Translations under genes and position numbers: made by a program | Shown: piece after piece, positions 47,018-57,600 of the stretch | Position numbering within the stretch: the stretch's first letter is position 1 | Layout of the letters: the number at the start of each line of letters is the position of its first letter | Notes under the pieces: generated by a model | Databases searched by the model: none | Seen by the model: the letters and a program-made list of their open reading frames with translations, nothing else | What the model was told of the DNA's origin: nothing | NCBI GenBank assembly: GCA_022844165.1 | Contig: JALHMH010000017.1 | Coordinates: 29,573-93,572, forward strand | Reading direction: 5' to 3' | Source: Lysobacterales bacterium | Lineage (GTDB): Bacteria > Pseudomonadota > Gammaproteobacteria > Xanthomonadales > SZUA-5 | DNA length: 64,000 nt

Positions 47018-49333
47018 TCAATCGCTGCGCAAGCTCACGGTGTCCACGCGGAACGTGGTTGGCAACGAACTGTCGGTCGACGCTACAAAGCGCACTCGCA
47101 CGTTGCGACCCTTGTACGCAGCGACGTTGTAGCTGCGCTGCACGTAAGTGCTGGCGCTCGTGGTTCGGTTGAGGTTCGACAGCGTCGCCAGCGTGGTGAT
47201 CACCGCGTTGGTACCGGCGTCGACCAGCTGAACCTGCAAGCGATCGTAGACCGTGGAGGTTGTTGTCTCGCTGGTGACGATGGAGGCGTAGAACGACAGC
47301 GTCGCCTGCGAACCACCGGCCGGAATCAACGTCGGCGCACTTTGCACCGTCTGGCCGGCACTGTTGTTGACACCCAGATAGGCATACGAGCCGCCGCTTT
47401 GCGCGTTCGTTTGACCGGCCAACAACGTGTTGAACGACGTGCCGGTGACAGCCGAACGAGCCCACGAGCCATCTGGTGCAGCGTTTGTGCTGGTGGTGAT
47501 CGAGTCGAAGCTGCCGTTCGCCAAACGTTCGACGACCGTGCCGCCGCCACCACCTGTGGTCCATGATGCTCGGATCGTGAAATTCACCGTGCCGGTCTGG
47601 TAGCCATAGACGCGTGCGTAGTAGGTGCCGGTGCTCGGTGTGGCAAATGTGCAGGTCTCGTTACCGCTGGCGCTGTATGGGCGGCAGTCGTATACAGAGG
47701 TCGTCGCCTGCGCACCGAACTTCACGTGCAGATCGACATCGCCACTGGCGCCACTGGTTGCGATCACCAGATTCGATGCGCCGGTGGGTATGGCAACGGT
47801 GTAATCGCGGAAGCTGCTGTTGGCGCTGGTCGAGTTCGTCGATCCGGCGACTGCAACACCATTGCTCAGCGCTGTTGCACCGCCGCCGCCGCCACCACTG
47901 CTGACTGTGACCGAGCGCGTTGTGGTGTTGGTCGCACCACCGTTGTCCGTCACCGTCAACGTTACCGTATAGGTGCCAGCCGCTGCGTAAGTCTTGCTCG
48001 GATTGCTTGCAGTCGATGTGGTGCTGTCGCCGAAGTTCCAGGCGCTGGAAGCGATCGTGCCATCGCTGTCAGTCGACGTATTGGTGAAGGTTGCCGTCAG
48101 GCCGCTGGTCGTGAACGAGAAGTTGGCGGTGGGTGGAGCGTTGACCGGGCCGCCACCGAACAGCGAATGCAACATGCGATTGGGCGACCCGCTACCGGCA
48201 TTGGTCACCACGTTCAGCGTCGAATTGTTGATCAATGCGGTCGTCACTTGCGCCGGCGTTGCCGACGGATTTGCCGCCAGATACAACGCCGCAACGCCTG
48301 CCACGTGCGGCGCTGCCATGGAGGTCCCGCTGATCGTGTTGGTGGCCGAGGTGCCGGTGTGCCACGCAGAGGTAATGCTCGAGCCCGGCCCGAAGATATC
48401 CAGGCAGGTGCCGAAGTTGGAGAACGACGAACGAGCATCGCTGCTGGTTGTCGATCCAACCGTGATTGCATTGGTCGCCCGAGCTGGGGAGTAGTTGCAG
48501 GCATTGGCGTTGTCGTTGCCGGCTGCCACCACGACCGTAACGCCCGCATTGTGCATGCGATTGACGGCATCGTCGGTGGCTTGCGAGGCACCGCCACCCA
48601 AGCTCATATTAGCGACGGCCGGTTGCACACGGTTTTGCGCAACCCAATCCATGCCGGCGATGACGCCAGAGTTCGTACCGGAGCCATTACAGCCCAGCAC
48701 CCGAATCGGATGAATGATCGCGCCTTTGGCAACGCCGTGAATGGTGCCCGCTACGGTGCCCGCGACATGTGTGCCGTGGCCATTGCAATCGTTGGTTCCG
48801 TTGGCGTCGGAGATGGCGGTGTAGCCGTTGCCCATGCGGCCTGTGAACTGCGTATGCGAGCCCAGAACGCCGGTGTCCACGATGTAGGCGTGCACGTTGC
48901 TGGCGGTGGTGTCGTAGTTGTATGTCGTGTTCAAAGGCAGGTTGCGCTGGTCGATGCGGTCAAGGCCCCAGGTTGCGCCGGTCTGAGTGGCGATGGCATT
49001 GACGACGCCGTCCTGTTCGACGTAAGCAACGCGTGGATCGAGCAACAGGCGATCGATTTGTCCGGCTTTGGCTTGCACCACAAAACCTGGGAGAACGCGC
49101 TCGTAATGGCGCAGATACTTCAGGCCATGGCTCGCCGACATGTCGACAGCAACATTCAAGACGCTCGGCAGGCTTGAGTTGCGGTTATCGCCGAAACTCA
49201 CCTGCTCCTCATGTAATACAACAATGTATTGGTCCTGGACCGGTGCAGCTGGTGTGATCAGTTGGTTGGCGTTTGTGACCGATGCCAAAGACATGGCAAT
49301 GATCGCGGCAAGGCTTGCGCCTGACTTCTGCAT
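47018..49333 (-). CDS. Secreted S8 (proteinase K/aqualysin-like) serine protease with I9 prodomain, PKD, PPC and C-terminal beta-sandwich
   Basis: [25 protein letters not shown]; PKD ([14 protein letters not shown]); PPC (GDVDLHVK...CRPY..GN.E). Confidence 0.93.
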   Translation of the reverse strand: MQKSGASLAAIIAMSLASVTNANQLITPAAPVQDQYIVVLHEEQVSFGDNRNSSLPSVLNVAVDMSASHGLKYLRHYERVLPGFVVQAKAGQIDRLLLDPRVAYVEQDGVVNAIATQTGATWGLDRIDQRNLPLNTTYNYDTTASNVHAYIVDTGVLGSHTQFTGRMGNGYTAISDANGTNDCNGHGTHVAGTVAGTIHGVAKGAIIHPIRVLGCNGSGTNSGVIAGMDWVAQNRVQPAVANMSLGGGASQATDDAVNRMHNAGVTVVVAAGNDNANACNYSPARATNAITVGSTTSSDARSSFSNFGTCLDIFGPGSSITSAWHTGTSATNTISGTSMAAPHVAGVAALYLAANPSATPAQVTTALINNSTLNVVTNAGSGSPNRMLHSLFGGGPVNAPPTANFSFTTSGLTATFTNTSTDSDGTIASSAWNFGDSTTSTASNPSKTYAAAGTYTVTLTVTDNGGATNTTTRSVTVSSGGGGGGATALSNGVAVAGSTNSTSANSSFRDYTVAIPTGASNLVIATSGASGDVDLHVKFGAQATTSVYDCRPYSASGNETCTFATPSTGTYYARVYGYQTGTVNFTIRASWTTGGGGGTVVERLANGSFDSITTSTNAAPDGSWARSAVTGTSFNTLLAGQTNAQSGGSYAYLGVNNSAGQTVQSAPTLIPAGGSQATLSFYASIVTSETTTSTVYDRLQVQLVDAGTNAVITTLATLSNLNRTTSASTYVQRSYNVAAYKGRNVRVRFVASTDSSLPTTFRVDTVSLRSD

Positions 49334-49597
49334 GAGCGTGATCCCCATCAATGAACTGAGCGAACCGCCGGGCGGCGGCGTTAACCACAGATAGTTGAGC
49401 TTGATCTCCCCAGATCATGACGCCGGCCCAACCGTGCGTGAAAGCTATGTGTGGACGCCAGGATCGTCAACGACTGCTCTTCGTTGGCTCGCGGGTTTCG
49501 GTGTCGCGGCGCAGCAAGGCATACCCAGACACAATCCCAAACAGCTTGAGCCGCTTGCCGAAACCAGATGTTGCGAGGCAACAAAGAGAATCAACTG

Positions 49598-49619
49598 AAT
49601 GACATACGAATATGTCATT
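49598..49619. promoter_or_regulatory. AT-rich perfect inverted repeat (operator or weak terminator)
   Basis: AATGACATA-CGAA-TATGTCATT, about 265 bp upstream of the S8 start and 33 bp past the upstream gene's stop. Confidence 0.45.
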
Positions 49620-49652
49620 TGGTCAACATTTGAGCGTCATGCGCTCCAGCAG

Positions 49653-50489
49653 TCAGGACAATTCCGAAGCGCGTTCGGCGTCGAGTTTTTCCATCGCATC
49701 CATCGGTTCGAGCGCTGCCGCGGTTGCCAACGCCTTATCGATGTCGGCCTGACGCTTCTTTCCAAACATCATCTTCAACCCGTTGGCAAATTCGAGGTGC
49801 GCAACCGGCGCGTGTGGTGTGAGCTTGAGGGCTTCCTGAAAGTGCTTGACGCCGGTGTCGGACTTGGCGCCATAGGTGAGCCCACCCACGAGCGAGCCGA
49901 TCTTGTCGATGATCTCAGCGTGGTACAAACCCATCGCCGTGTGCGCCTCGGCGTGTTTCGGCGCGAGGCTTAGCGCTTTTTCAAGACTGTGTTTGATCTT
50001 GCCGCCAAGACCCTGCGCCAGCGCTTTGCTCACGGATATGCACTGGCTGTATCGACCCAATGCGAAGGCATTGAAATAGTGCGCATTGGCATCCTCTGGC
50101 ATCGCAGCGATGGCTTGCTCTGCACGTTTGGCGCACCGTTCGAAATGCGTCAGTTTGTCGGCCTCTTTTGCCAGATAGGTGGCATATATGCCCTCCGCTT
50201 TAATCGCGACCACCGCGCCGATCGCTCCCAGGGCGTCACCCGCGTCGGCAGCCTTTTGAAACTCGCCGCGATGAAACGCTCGCCAGGCATCGAGCAGGGC
50301 CTCAGATGCGGCGGCCGCGTCGATCTCGAGTTTTGGATACCGTTTGGCCAGTGCGGTCAAGTGTTTCTTGTCCGGCAGCGGCTCTTGATCGCCCGCGTGC
50401 AATCGCGCCCAGGTTTTCGCCAGTTTCGAGCCGCTGTAGTCGAAAGCGCCAGCATCGTGCGGGAACTTTGCCCATTTTTTCGCTGCCAT
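49653..50489 (-). CDS. Conserved TPR-like helical hypothetical protein
   Basis: All-helical Ala-rich repeats (PEDANAHYFNAFALGRYSQ, APKHAEAHTAMGLYH); GAGGGGG RBS. Confidence 0.75.
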   Translation of the reverse strand: MAAKKWAKFPHDAGAFDYSGSKLAKTWARLHAGDQEPLPDKKHLTALAKRYPKLEIDAAAASEALLDAWRAFHRGEFQKAADAGDALGAIGAVVAIKAEGIYATYLAKEADKLTHFERCAKRAEQAIAAMPEDANAHYFNAFALGRYSQCISVSKALAQGLGGKIKHSLEKALSLAPKHAEAHTAMGLYHAEIIDKIGSLVGGLTYGAKSDTGVKHFQEALKLTPHAPVAHLEFANGLKMMFGKKRQADIDKALATAAALEPMDAMEKLDAERASELS

Positions 50490-50687
50490 TGCCAGACCCC
50501 CTCGCTATGATCGAATCGTCAGCATCGGCCAACAGCGGGTTTTCGACAAGTCTGTGTGAGGTGCAACCGCGGTTATCGACAGGCGGGAAGCGCAGCCTTT
50601 GGGGGCGTTTGATTGCGGTGCTGGTCTCGTTATCCCGTCATGGACCGCGGTATGCTCGCGCGTCTGATCGGCTCGTAAGCTCCTCCA

Positions 50688-51641
50688 ATGAAGACGACGC
50701 TGCTGGCAACCGTATTTCTGGGTGTAGTTGCACCGGGTGCGAGTTGGTCTGATGTCTTGTTTTCCAACGGATTCGAGGTCGGCGCGCTGGCGCAGTACAC
50801 GCCCAACCAGGCGAACTGGAGTACGTTCGCCTCCAAGCCGCTTGCAGCCGGCATCACAGCCCACGACCCGGATCGGGTTCACTGGATCAGTTCGGCCGAT
50901 TGGGCGGCTGCCCGGTGGGATGGAACAATCTACAACCCGTCGCAAATGACCAGGGCCGAGTTTGCCGCAGCGATCTGTCCCAGTGTGGATCGCGTCAGAG
51001 GTATCCGGGAGGTCTTTTATCAGTACCGACCGTTTGCCGATAACGCCAACCCGACCAAGGCTGAGGTCGATGAGTGGCACAGAATTGCCATCAACCATGT
51101 GCGTGCGCTGATTGGCTATACCAGCCAGGATCGGCAGGTGAAAAAGGATCACTGCATGTTTGCGCGCGCGCTGTGGGGCGATGAGCGCAAGTTCACCACG
51201 ATGTGGGATGCCGAGTATCCCGGAACCACAGGGTCTGCTTTCGGGCCTTGCCAGGGCTCTACAAACGCGCACTGCGGCTCCACTTTTGTTCCTGATTTGG
51301 AAGATCAGGCGCCCTATCTCCCAGCGGGTCATCCGGGTTGCAGTACCCAACAGGGCGCTGAAGGTGTGTTCAGTGGTCCCAAATCGAACATTCCCTGGTC
51401 AATCAGGTGGTCTCGTGGATTGTGCAATACGCTGATCGCCGAAGGCTTCTGGGGGGGGCATGTCGGACCTTGGTTTCACCGCGAGGAATTCGGTTTCAAT
51501 TTTTGGGATAGCAATCCTGGCAACAACAACAGCAACGCCATCCTGCGCGCAAAGTGGACCGGCAGTTCGATGCCCAATCTCTATTGCAATCCAGCCGATC
51601 CCGCCTGTGACCCTGACAATACCGGGCCAGGTAACGACTAA
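50688..51641 (+). CDS. Secreted Cys/Trp-rich hypothetical protein with N-terminal DVLFSNGFE motif
   Basis: Signal peptide MKTTLLATVFLGVVAPGASWS; 8 Cys; long clean ORF. Confidence 0.75.
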   Translation: MKTTLLATVFLGVVAPGASWSDVLFSNGFEVGALAQYTPNQANWSTFASKPLAAGITAHDPDRVHWISSADWAAARWDGTIYNPSQMTRAEFAAAICPSVDRVRGIREVFYQYRPFADNANPTKAEVDEWHRIAINHVRALIGYTSQDRQVKKDHCMFARALWGDERKFTTMWDAEYPGTTGSAFGPCQGSTNAHCGSTFVPDLEDQAPYLPAGHPGCSTQQGAEGVFSGPKSNIPWSIRWSRGLCNTLIAEGFWGGHVGPWFHREEFGFNFWDSNPGNNNSNAILRAKWTGSSMPNLYCNPADPACDPDNTGPGND

Positions 51642-51976
51642 CAGTCGCAAACGCAAAGCGCTGGGCGCATTCGGGCGAACGCAGGAAATGGCGAGCGCTT
51701 GCCGGCGATTAACCGAAACAACGAGTTGCTAACCTTCGCGACCGGCACGCAGGCGAAACGCGGGATGCAGCATCGCGGCGATCCAGCACCAGGTACTCTT
51801 GCTTCTGCCTGGTTCGACGGGTTTCTTCCTGACTTCTTGGCCTTCAGCGAGTCCGGCTCGTGTCCGGACTCGCCTTGGTCGAATCTATTGCCGCTGTGCT
51901 CGACTTGCAGATCGGACCCGACCGCGAAGTCCGACTGGAGCAGCAAACCGTGACGTCACAGGCATGCGACAAACGC

Positions 51977-53854
51977 TCAACGTCCGACTTCGAGCACGAC
52001 CATGGTGCCGCAGGCCGGCGCCGAATCGATGTACAAGCTTGCGCCGAGCTTCTGGGCGCGGCTGGCCATACCGCTGAGTCCATATCGGTTGATGGCATGG
52101 GCGGAAGGAACAAAGCCTACGCCATCGTCGACTACAGCAAAGGTGACAATCTCACCCCGCCACGCAGCGTGAACCTCGATGCGACTGGCGCGGGCATGTT
52201 TGACCGCGTTGCTGAGCGCCTCCTGGAGAATGCGTAGCACGCCGAGCATCGTTTCCGGGCTGAAGCCGCGCAAATCGAGTTTGAAGTCGACCTTCCAAAT
52301 CAGTTGGATGTCGCTGGCACGGAGCAGCGGTTCGATCCGGCCACGGAAGGCGCCCAGCGCCAGCGCCAGATCGCCGTCGGGCTGGTTGAGAGAATCGAGC
52401 ACCAAACGCATATCCACGAGGCCTGCGCGCACCGCTTCGACGATCTGAGTGCGACCGATGTTGCCGTCGTTCGCCAGATACACCAGCGCGGCGAGTTGGC
52501 CGGCCACGCCATCGTGCATATCTTGCATGATGCGCTGGCGTTCCATCGTCAGCGCGCGTTCGCGGTCGGCGACTTGAAGTTTGGCGTAGTTGTCTGCAAG
52601 TTCAAGTTCGCGCGCCTTGACGGTGTTCGCCAACTCTTCCGAATAGCGCGCCATTCGCGCTTGATTGGCGAGGATGCGACGGCCCAGTTCCAAGCAAAAG
52701 GCGACCGAGATACCGAGTCCCGAGATTGGACTCAAGGCAAAAATCATCGGTTCAAAACTGCCGCGAATCACGTCGTGCAATCCGAATGTTGCCGGCAGCA
52801 TCGCCGCCGCCAGCGTCCATTGCGCCATCTTGCTTTCGCGCTGGCGATCCAAATACCGATACAGTCGAAAAACTGCGTACGGCAAGATCAGCATGGCACT
52901 CCACTTGAGCGCATAATGCGGCAGCGCGATCCGCCAATAGCCATCCAGATCTGGCCAGAAGTTCGCGCCTATGGCAAGCGCCGTACCTATGGCGAAATAG
53001 CCCAGCGCTGCTCGCGTCAGCCAGCGCGGTGGGGATTCCAGGATCGCGCAAACAAAGAGCACCGAGAACGCGATCATCCCGAACAGCGATATATAGAGCG
53101 CCACGGAGCGCAACGACGTCGAAACGATCCAGTCGGGTACCAGATGCCACAATGCAATGACCAACCAGAACGGCGAAGCCACAGCGAACCACTGCACGAC
53201 GCGTTCTTTGGAGCCACGCATCATCAGCGCCAGCGCGAACAGCAGCGCGGCCAGCTGCAGCGAGAAAGAGCCGAGCACCAGTTTGTCGGTGAGCCAGCGT
53301 AAGTTCCGCAACGGCGATTCGAACTCGCCATAGTTGCCTAGGTAGAACGTCGAAACGCTGCCGCTGCCCCGTCGCTCAATGGTCAGCAGCCAAACGACTT
53401 CGTTTTCGCCCCGACGGAGCAGGCTGGTCGGTAAGCGAATCAGGCGCCCATCGTAGCGATAAACGCTGGGTGGGTCAGCCACGCGGCCCTTCATTTCGAT
53501 CAGTGTGCCGTTCAGATACAGCGCAAGGTTTGCATCGGTATGCGGCATGTACAGCGCCGGATCGGCAAGTTGCCCCTGCTCGAAGTGGAATCGATAGCGC
53601 CACGCGGTATAGGGCGTTGTGCAACGGATCTTGCACACTTTGAGCGGCAGTTCGAAGGCCCGCCAGGCATGCGGTTCTGCGTCCTGCCAACGGCTAAGAT
53701 CGCCCGGAAGTTCGGCCGGTCGTGCCTCGATCGAGGTGATGGCCGGCAGATCGGGGTGCGCGCTGCTTTCCAGCCAGGAGATCAGCCAAATGCATACGAA
53801 TGCCAGCGCGAGCGTGGGCAGCAGTGACCGCAACAGGCTCACGATCCGAGCCAA
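51977..53854 (-). CDS. Sensor histidine kinase (HisKA_3/NarQ type) with periplasmic beta domain and multi-TM region
   Basis: ERQRIMQDMHDG, QEALSNAVKHA, DDGVGF, GLSGM. Confidence 0.92.
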   Translation of the reverse strand: MARIVSLLRSLLPTLALAFVCIWLISWLESSAHPDLPAITSIEARPAELPGDLSRWQDAEPHAWRAFELPLKVCKIRCTTPYTAWRYRFHFEQGQLADPALYMPHTDANLALYLNGTLIEMKGRVADPPSVYRYDGRLIRLPTSLLRRGENEVVWLLTIERRGSGSVSTFYLGNYGEFESPLRNLRWLTDKLVLGSFSLQLAALLFALALMMRGSKERVVQWFAVASPFWLVIALWHLVPDWIVSTSLRSVALYISLFGMIAFSVLFVCAILESPPRWLTRAALGYFAIGTALAIGANFWPDLDGYWRIALPHYALKWSAMLILPYAVFRLYRYLDRQRESKMAQWTLAAAMLPATFGLHDVIRGSFEPMIFALSPISGLGISVAFCLELGRRILANQARMARYSEELANTVKARELELADNYAKLQVADRERALTMERQRIMQDMHDGVAGQLAALVYLANDGNIGRTQIVEAVRAGLVDMRLVLDSLNQPDGDLALALGAFRGRIEPLLRASDIQLIWKVDFKLDLRGFSPETMLGVLRILQEALSNAVKHARASRIEVHAAWRGEIVTFAVVDDGVGFVPSAHAINRYGLSGMASRAQKLGASLYIDSAPACGTMVVLEVGR

Positions 53855-54516
53855 CCGGCCTGGACCGCCTCGAACACCGCCTGCGAGCGCGAGGTGACCG
53901 CAAGCTTGGCGTAAATCTGCTTGATGTGGTGGTTCACCGTATGCTTGGAAATCTCCAGCATCGCCGCCGTTTCTTCATAACTGAAACCGCGCGCCAGCGC
54001 CATCAACACCTCACGCTCGCGTGCGGTAAGGGCCATCAGCGCGCGATCCGCGCCAGTGGGCGGCTGCACTATGGTTTCCGTGCGCCGCAGCTTACGTAGC
54101 ACGTGACCGGCCACCGCAGGAGTCAGCGGTGCGCCGCCAGACAAAACCTGGCCGATCGCCTCACGCATGCTCTCGGCAGCGGTGTCCTTGAGCAGGTAGC
54201 CAGCGGCACCGCGTTCGATCGCCGCCAATACGCTCTGCTCGTCACCCAGGACGCTGAATACGATCACCCGAACGTTTGAGGCGCTGAACTCCTCGATCAA
54301 ATCCAGCCCACTGCCGTCGGGCAGTCCAAGATCGAGCAGTAACACATCGCAAGGTTCGCCGCGCAGCGCCCGAGCGCTCCGCAAGCTGTCTGCTTCCCAT
54401 GCCCAAATCCAATTGCCGTCTTGTTCGACCACGCGCCGCACGCCCAGACGCAGCAGCGGCTTGTCTTCGACCATGGCGATCCGAACCGGCGCGCCGATAC
54501 GTATTGGTGATTCCAT
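53839..54516 (-). CDS. NarL/LuxR family response regulator
   Basis: VEDK, LLDLGLPDGSG, GAAGYLLK; LTAREREVL...TVNHHIKQIYAKL. Confidence 0.93.
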   Translation of the reverse strand: MESPIRIGAPVRIAMVEDKPLLRLGVRRVVEQDGNWIWAWEADSLRSARALRGEPCDVLLLDLGLPDGSGLDLIEEFSASNVRVIVFSVLGDEQSVLAAIERGAAGYLLKDTAAESMREAIGQVLSGGAPLTPAVAGHVLRKLRRTETIVQPPTGADRALMALTAREREVLMALARGFSYEETAAMLEISKHTVNHHIKQIYAKLAVTSRSQAVFEAVQAGWLGS

Positions 54517-54600
54517 CTGCTCAACTCTAACCTGGAAACTGCATGCCGAGCGACGTGCGCACCGGCGGGCCGGCAAATCGTCCCGCGATGATCGATTCTT

Positions 54601-57600
54601 TTATTCGAAGCCATTGCGAAACATGAACTCGACGATACGCACATCGCCTGCGTCGGCAGCAGCTCGCATCCGGCGCCACGGCCCACGCCGCGGATTCGTC
54701 GGCGCGATGATGCCGGACTGGGTCACCGTGAATGGCGCATACAGCGCCCGTGTGCGCCACGAATAGATCCGATTGAGTACCAGGCTGTTGGCGATGCTGG
54801 CGATCACTGTGCCGTTGGCGGTTGCCGTGGTGTCCACCCAGTTCGGTGTCACAAAGCGCAGACAACTGCCGGCACCGAATGCCGCGCCCGGTGGGCAAGC
54901 TTCCAGTTCAAGTTTGCTGCGTTCGCGGCCGCGACTGCTGACGCTGGTCATCGCGACGGTGAAACCATCGGGATTTTGCGATCGACCCCAATGGTCGATA
55001 GGACCCGTCGTCAGACCGCTGAACTGCTGCGGCAACACTGCTTTGCCGATGGTGTTGCTCAAATAGACCGATGCCGAACCTTCGTCGGCTGCTGTGCCAC
55101 CATCGAAACTCGGGGCGCCGATGATCGGATCGGCGTAACCATCGCCATTGACATCGCCGAGCGCCACGGCAAAACCCAGACGCGTGGTCGATTGCTGCTG
55201 GCTCATGCGTACCGAGTGGGTCGTAACGAACACGCCGCTGCTGCCCAGGTACAAGAACGCCGCGCCTTCATTGTTGCTGGCGACAACATCGAACTCTGGC
55301 GCGCCAATTAGGACATCGGCAAAGCCATCGCCGTTGACATCACCGACACCGGCTACGGCCGAGCCGAAACCAGCATCGATCTGGTTGATTTCCAGCGTCG
55401 CATGCGGCGTCGTTGCAAACGCGCCGGCGCCTCCCCTGTAGATGTACGCGCGGCCTTCATCGACCTGGCCGTTGTCGTATTCGTTGGCGCCAACGAGCAA
55501 GTCGGAGAAACCATCGCCATTGACGTCGCCGGCGCCAGCCAGTGCGCTGCCGAGACGTGCGTTGGACTGGCCACCGTCGATCTGCGCATCAAAACTGGTA
55601 TCGAAGCTGGTGCCGCCGAAGTACACGTTGACGACGCCGGCATTGGTGTTGCCGCTGATATCGAAACCAATACCGCCAGCAGCGATGTCGGCAAAACCAT
55701 CGCCGTTGAGATCGCCCGCTCCGGCGACTCGCCAGCCCAAGAATGCGCTGCCCTGGCCACCCAGCAGCGTGGCATCGGCGGTGGTCTCGATGTTTGCGCC
55801 GCCGAAGAACAAGAACATCGCGCCCTCGTCGGACGATGCGCCGTCAAAGTTGGGCGCGCCGACCAGAAAGTCGCCGAAGCCATCGCCATTGACGTCTCCA
55901 GCGTAAGCGACGCTATGGCCGAAGTTTGCGCCCGCCTGATTGATCTCGATGGTTGCATCAATCTGCGTGTTGAACGGCCCGGGGCCGCCGAGATAGATCA
56001 GCGTCGCGCCCTCGAGATTGCTGCCATTGCTGTATTCGGGCGCGCCGACGATGATGTCGCCGTAGCCGTCGGAATTGATGTCGCCGACGGCCACGGAGCC
56101 ACCCGCGCGCATATCGGCGAGTGGGCCATTGAGCTGCGCATCGGCGGACGTGTTGAAGCCACTGGCGCCGCCGAAGTACAACGACACGCGGCCGGTGTTG
56201 ACGTTGCCGGCGTCGAAACCAAAAGCGCCGCTGACAAGATCCGCATAGCCATCGCCGTTGACATCGCCGGTCGCGACGCTGTGTCCTAGTTGGCCGCTGC
56301 CCTGACCCGACTCAACGTGTGCGTCGGCAATACCCGAGTCGATGATCGTGCCGCCGAAGTACACCAACGCGCGTCCCTGATTGTTGGAGACACCCGTAAA
56401 GTCCGGCATTCCGGCAATCAGGTCGGTGTAGCCATCGCCATTGAAGTCCCCGCCGGATAGCGCAAAGCCAAGTCGTACCGGTTGCGCCAGACCCGCATCG
56501 AACTGCTTGTAGGGTGTGCCGACAATACCGCCAGCGCCGCCGAGGTAAACCCACAGCTGCCCGGAATCGGCGCTGCTGCCATCGAACAGCGGCGAGCCGA
56601 CGACAATGTCGCCATAACCGTCGGCATTGACGTCGCCCAGGCTGGCCACCGCCATGCCCATCGCAGCGCCCGCCTGGTTGCTTTCAAGGGTTGCGTCGAG
56701 CACGTTATTGATCGTGGCGCCGCCGTAATAGACGAAGGCCCCGCCTTCGTCGGTTTGTCCGTTGTCGTAGCGTAACGCACCGACAATCACGTCGCTGTAG
56801 CCATCGCCGTTGATATCTCCGGCCGCAGCAACGGAGGTACCGAATTCGGCATTCACCTGATCGATCTCATAGTGGGCATCGGTCGCGGTGTTGAACGCCC
56901 CAGCGCCGCCGAGGTAAAGGAATGCGGCGCCCTCGTTGGTCTGCCCGTTCACATAAAACGGCGATCCAATGACGATGTCGGCAAAGCCATCGCCATTGAC
57001 ATCGCCCACGCCAGCCAGCGAACTGCCGAAGCGAACGTTGCCGATGGCCGACTGCAGATTGGCGTCCACCGTGGTATCGAATACGCCTGGACCACCAAAG
57101 TAGAGCAGCGCTGCGCCCGTGTTGGTCGCAGCACCGTCGAAGCCGCTCGACCCAACCAGCACGTCGGCATAACCATCGCCGTTAACGTCGCCCGCGCCAG
57201 CCACGCTGACGCCAAAAAAAGCGGCATTCTGGCTGAGGCCGAGTACGCCATCGACGGCCGTGTTGAACGCCCCACTGCCGCCATAGAACAGGAAGGCGCG
57301 GCCACCGTCGGTGTCGCCCGAGTCGAAAAACGGCGCGCCCACGATCAGATCGTCGAAGCCATCGCCGTTGACGTCGCCCGCGCCAGCGACCGATGCACCA
57401 AACCGCGCACCGGCCTGATTCAATTCGAGCACAGCATCGGCCGTCAGATCGACACCCGCCGCGCTGCCGAAATAGATCACGACAGCGCCCTCGTTGGTTT
57501 CGCTATTGCTGTAGCCGTAGACGCCGACGGCCATATCCTGAAAGCCGTCGCCATTGAGATCGCCCGCATTGGCCACGCTGTAGCCGGACTGCGCACTGAT

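Noticed and set aside
47726-49177. 483-aa antisense ORF inside the S8 protease
   Set aside because: Shadow ORF with no recognisable domain.
50547-50585. Tandem GGTT(T/A)TCGACA(A/G)G motifs resembling IS ends or operator half-sites
   Set aside because: Only about 12 bp, with no partner inverted end or target duplication; not distinguishable from chance.
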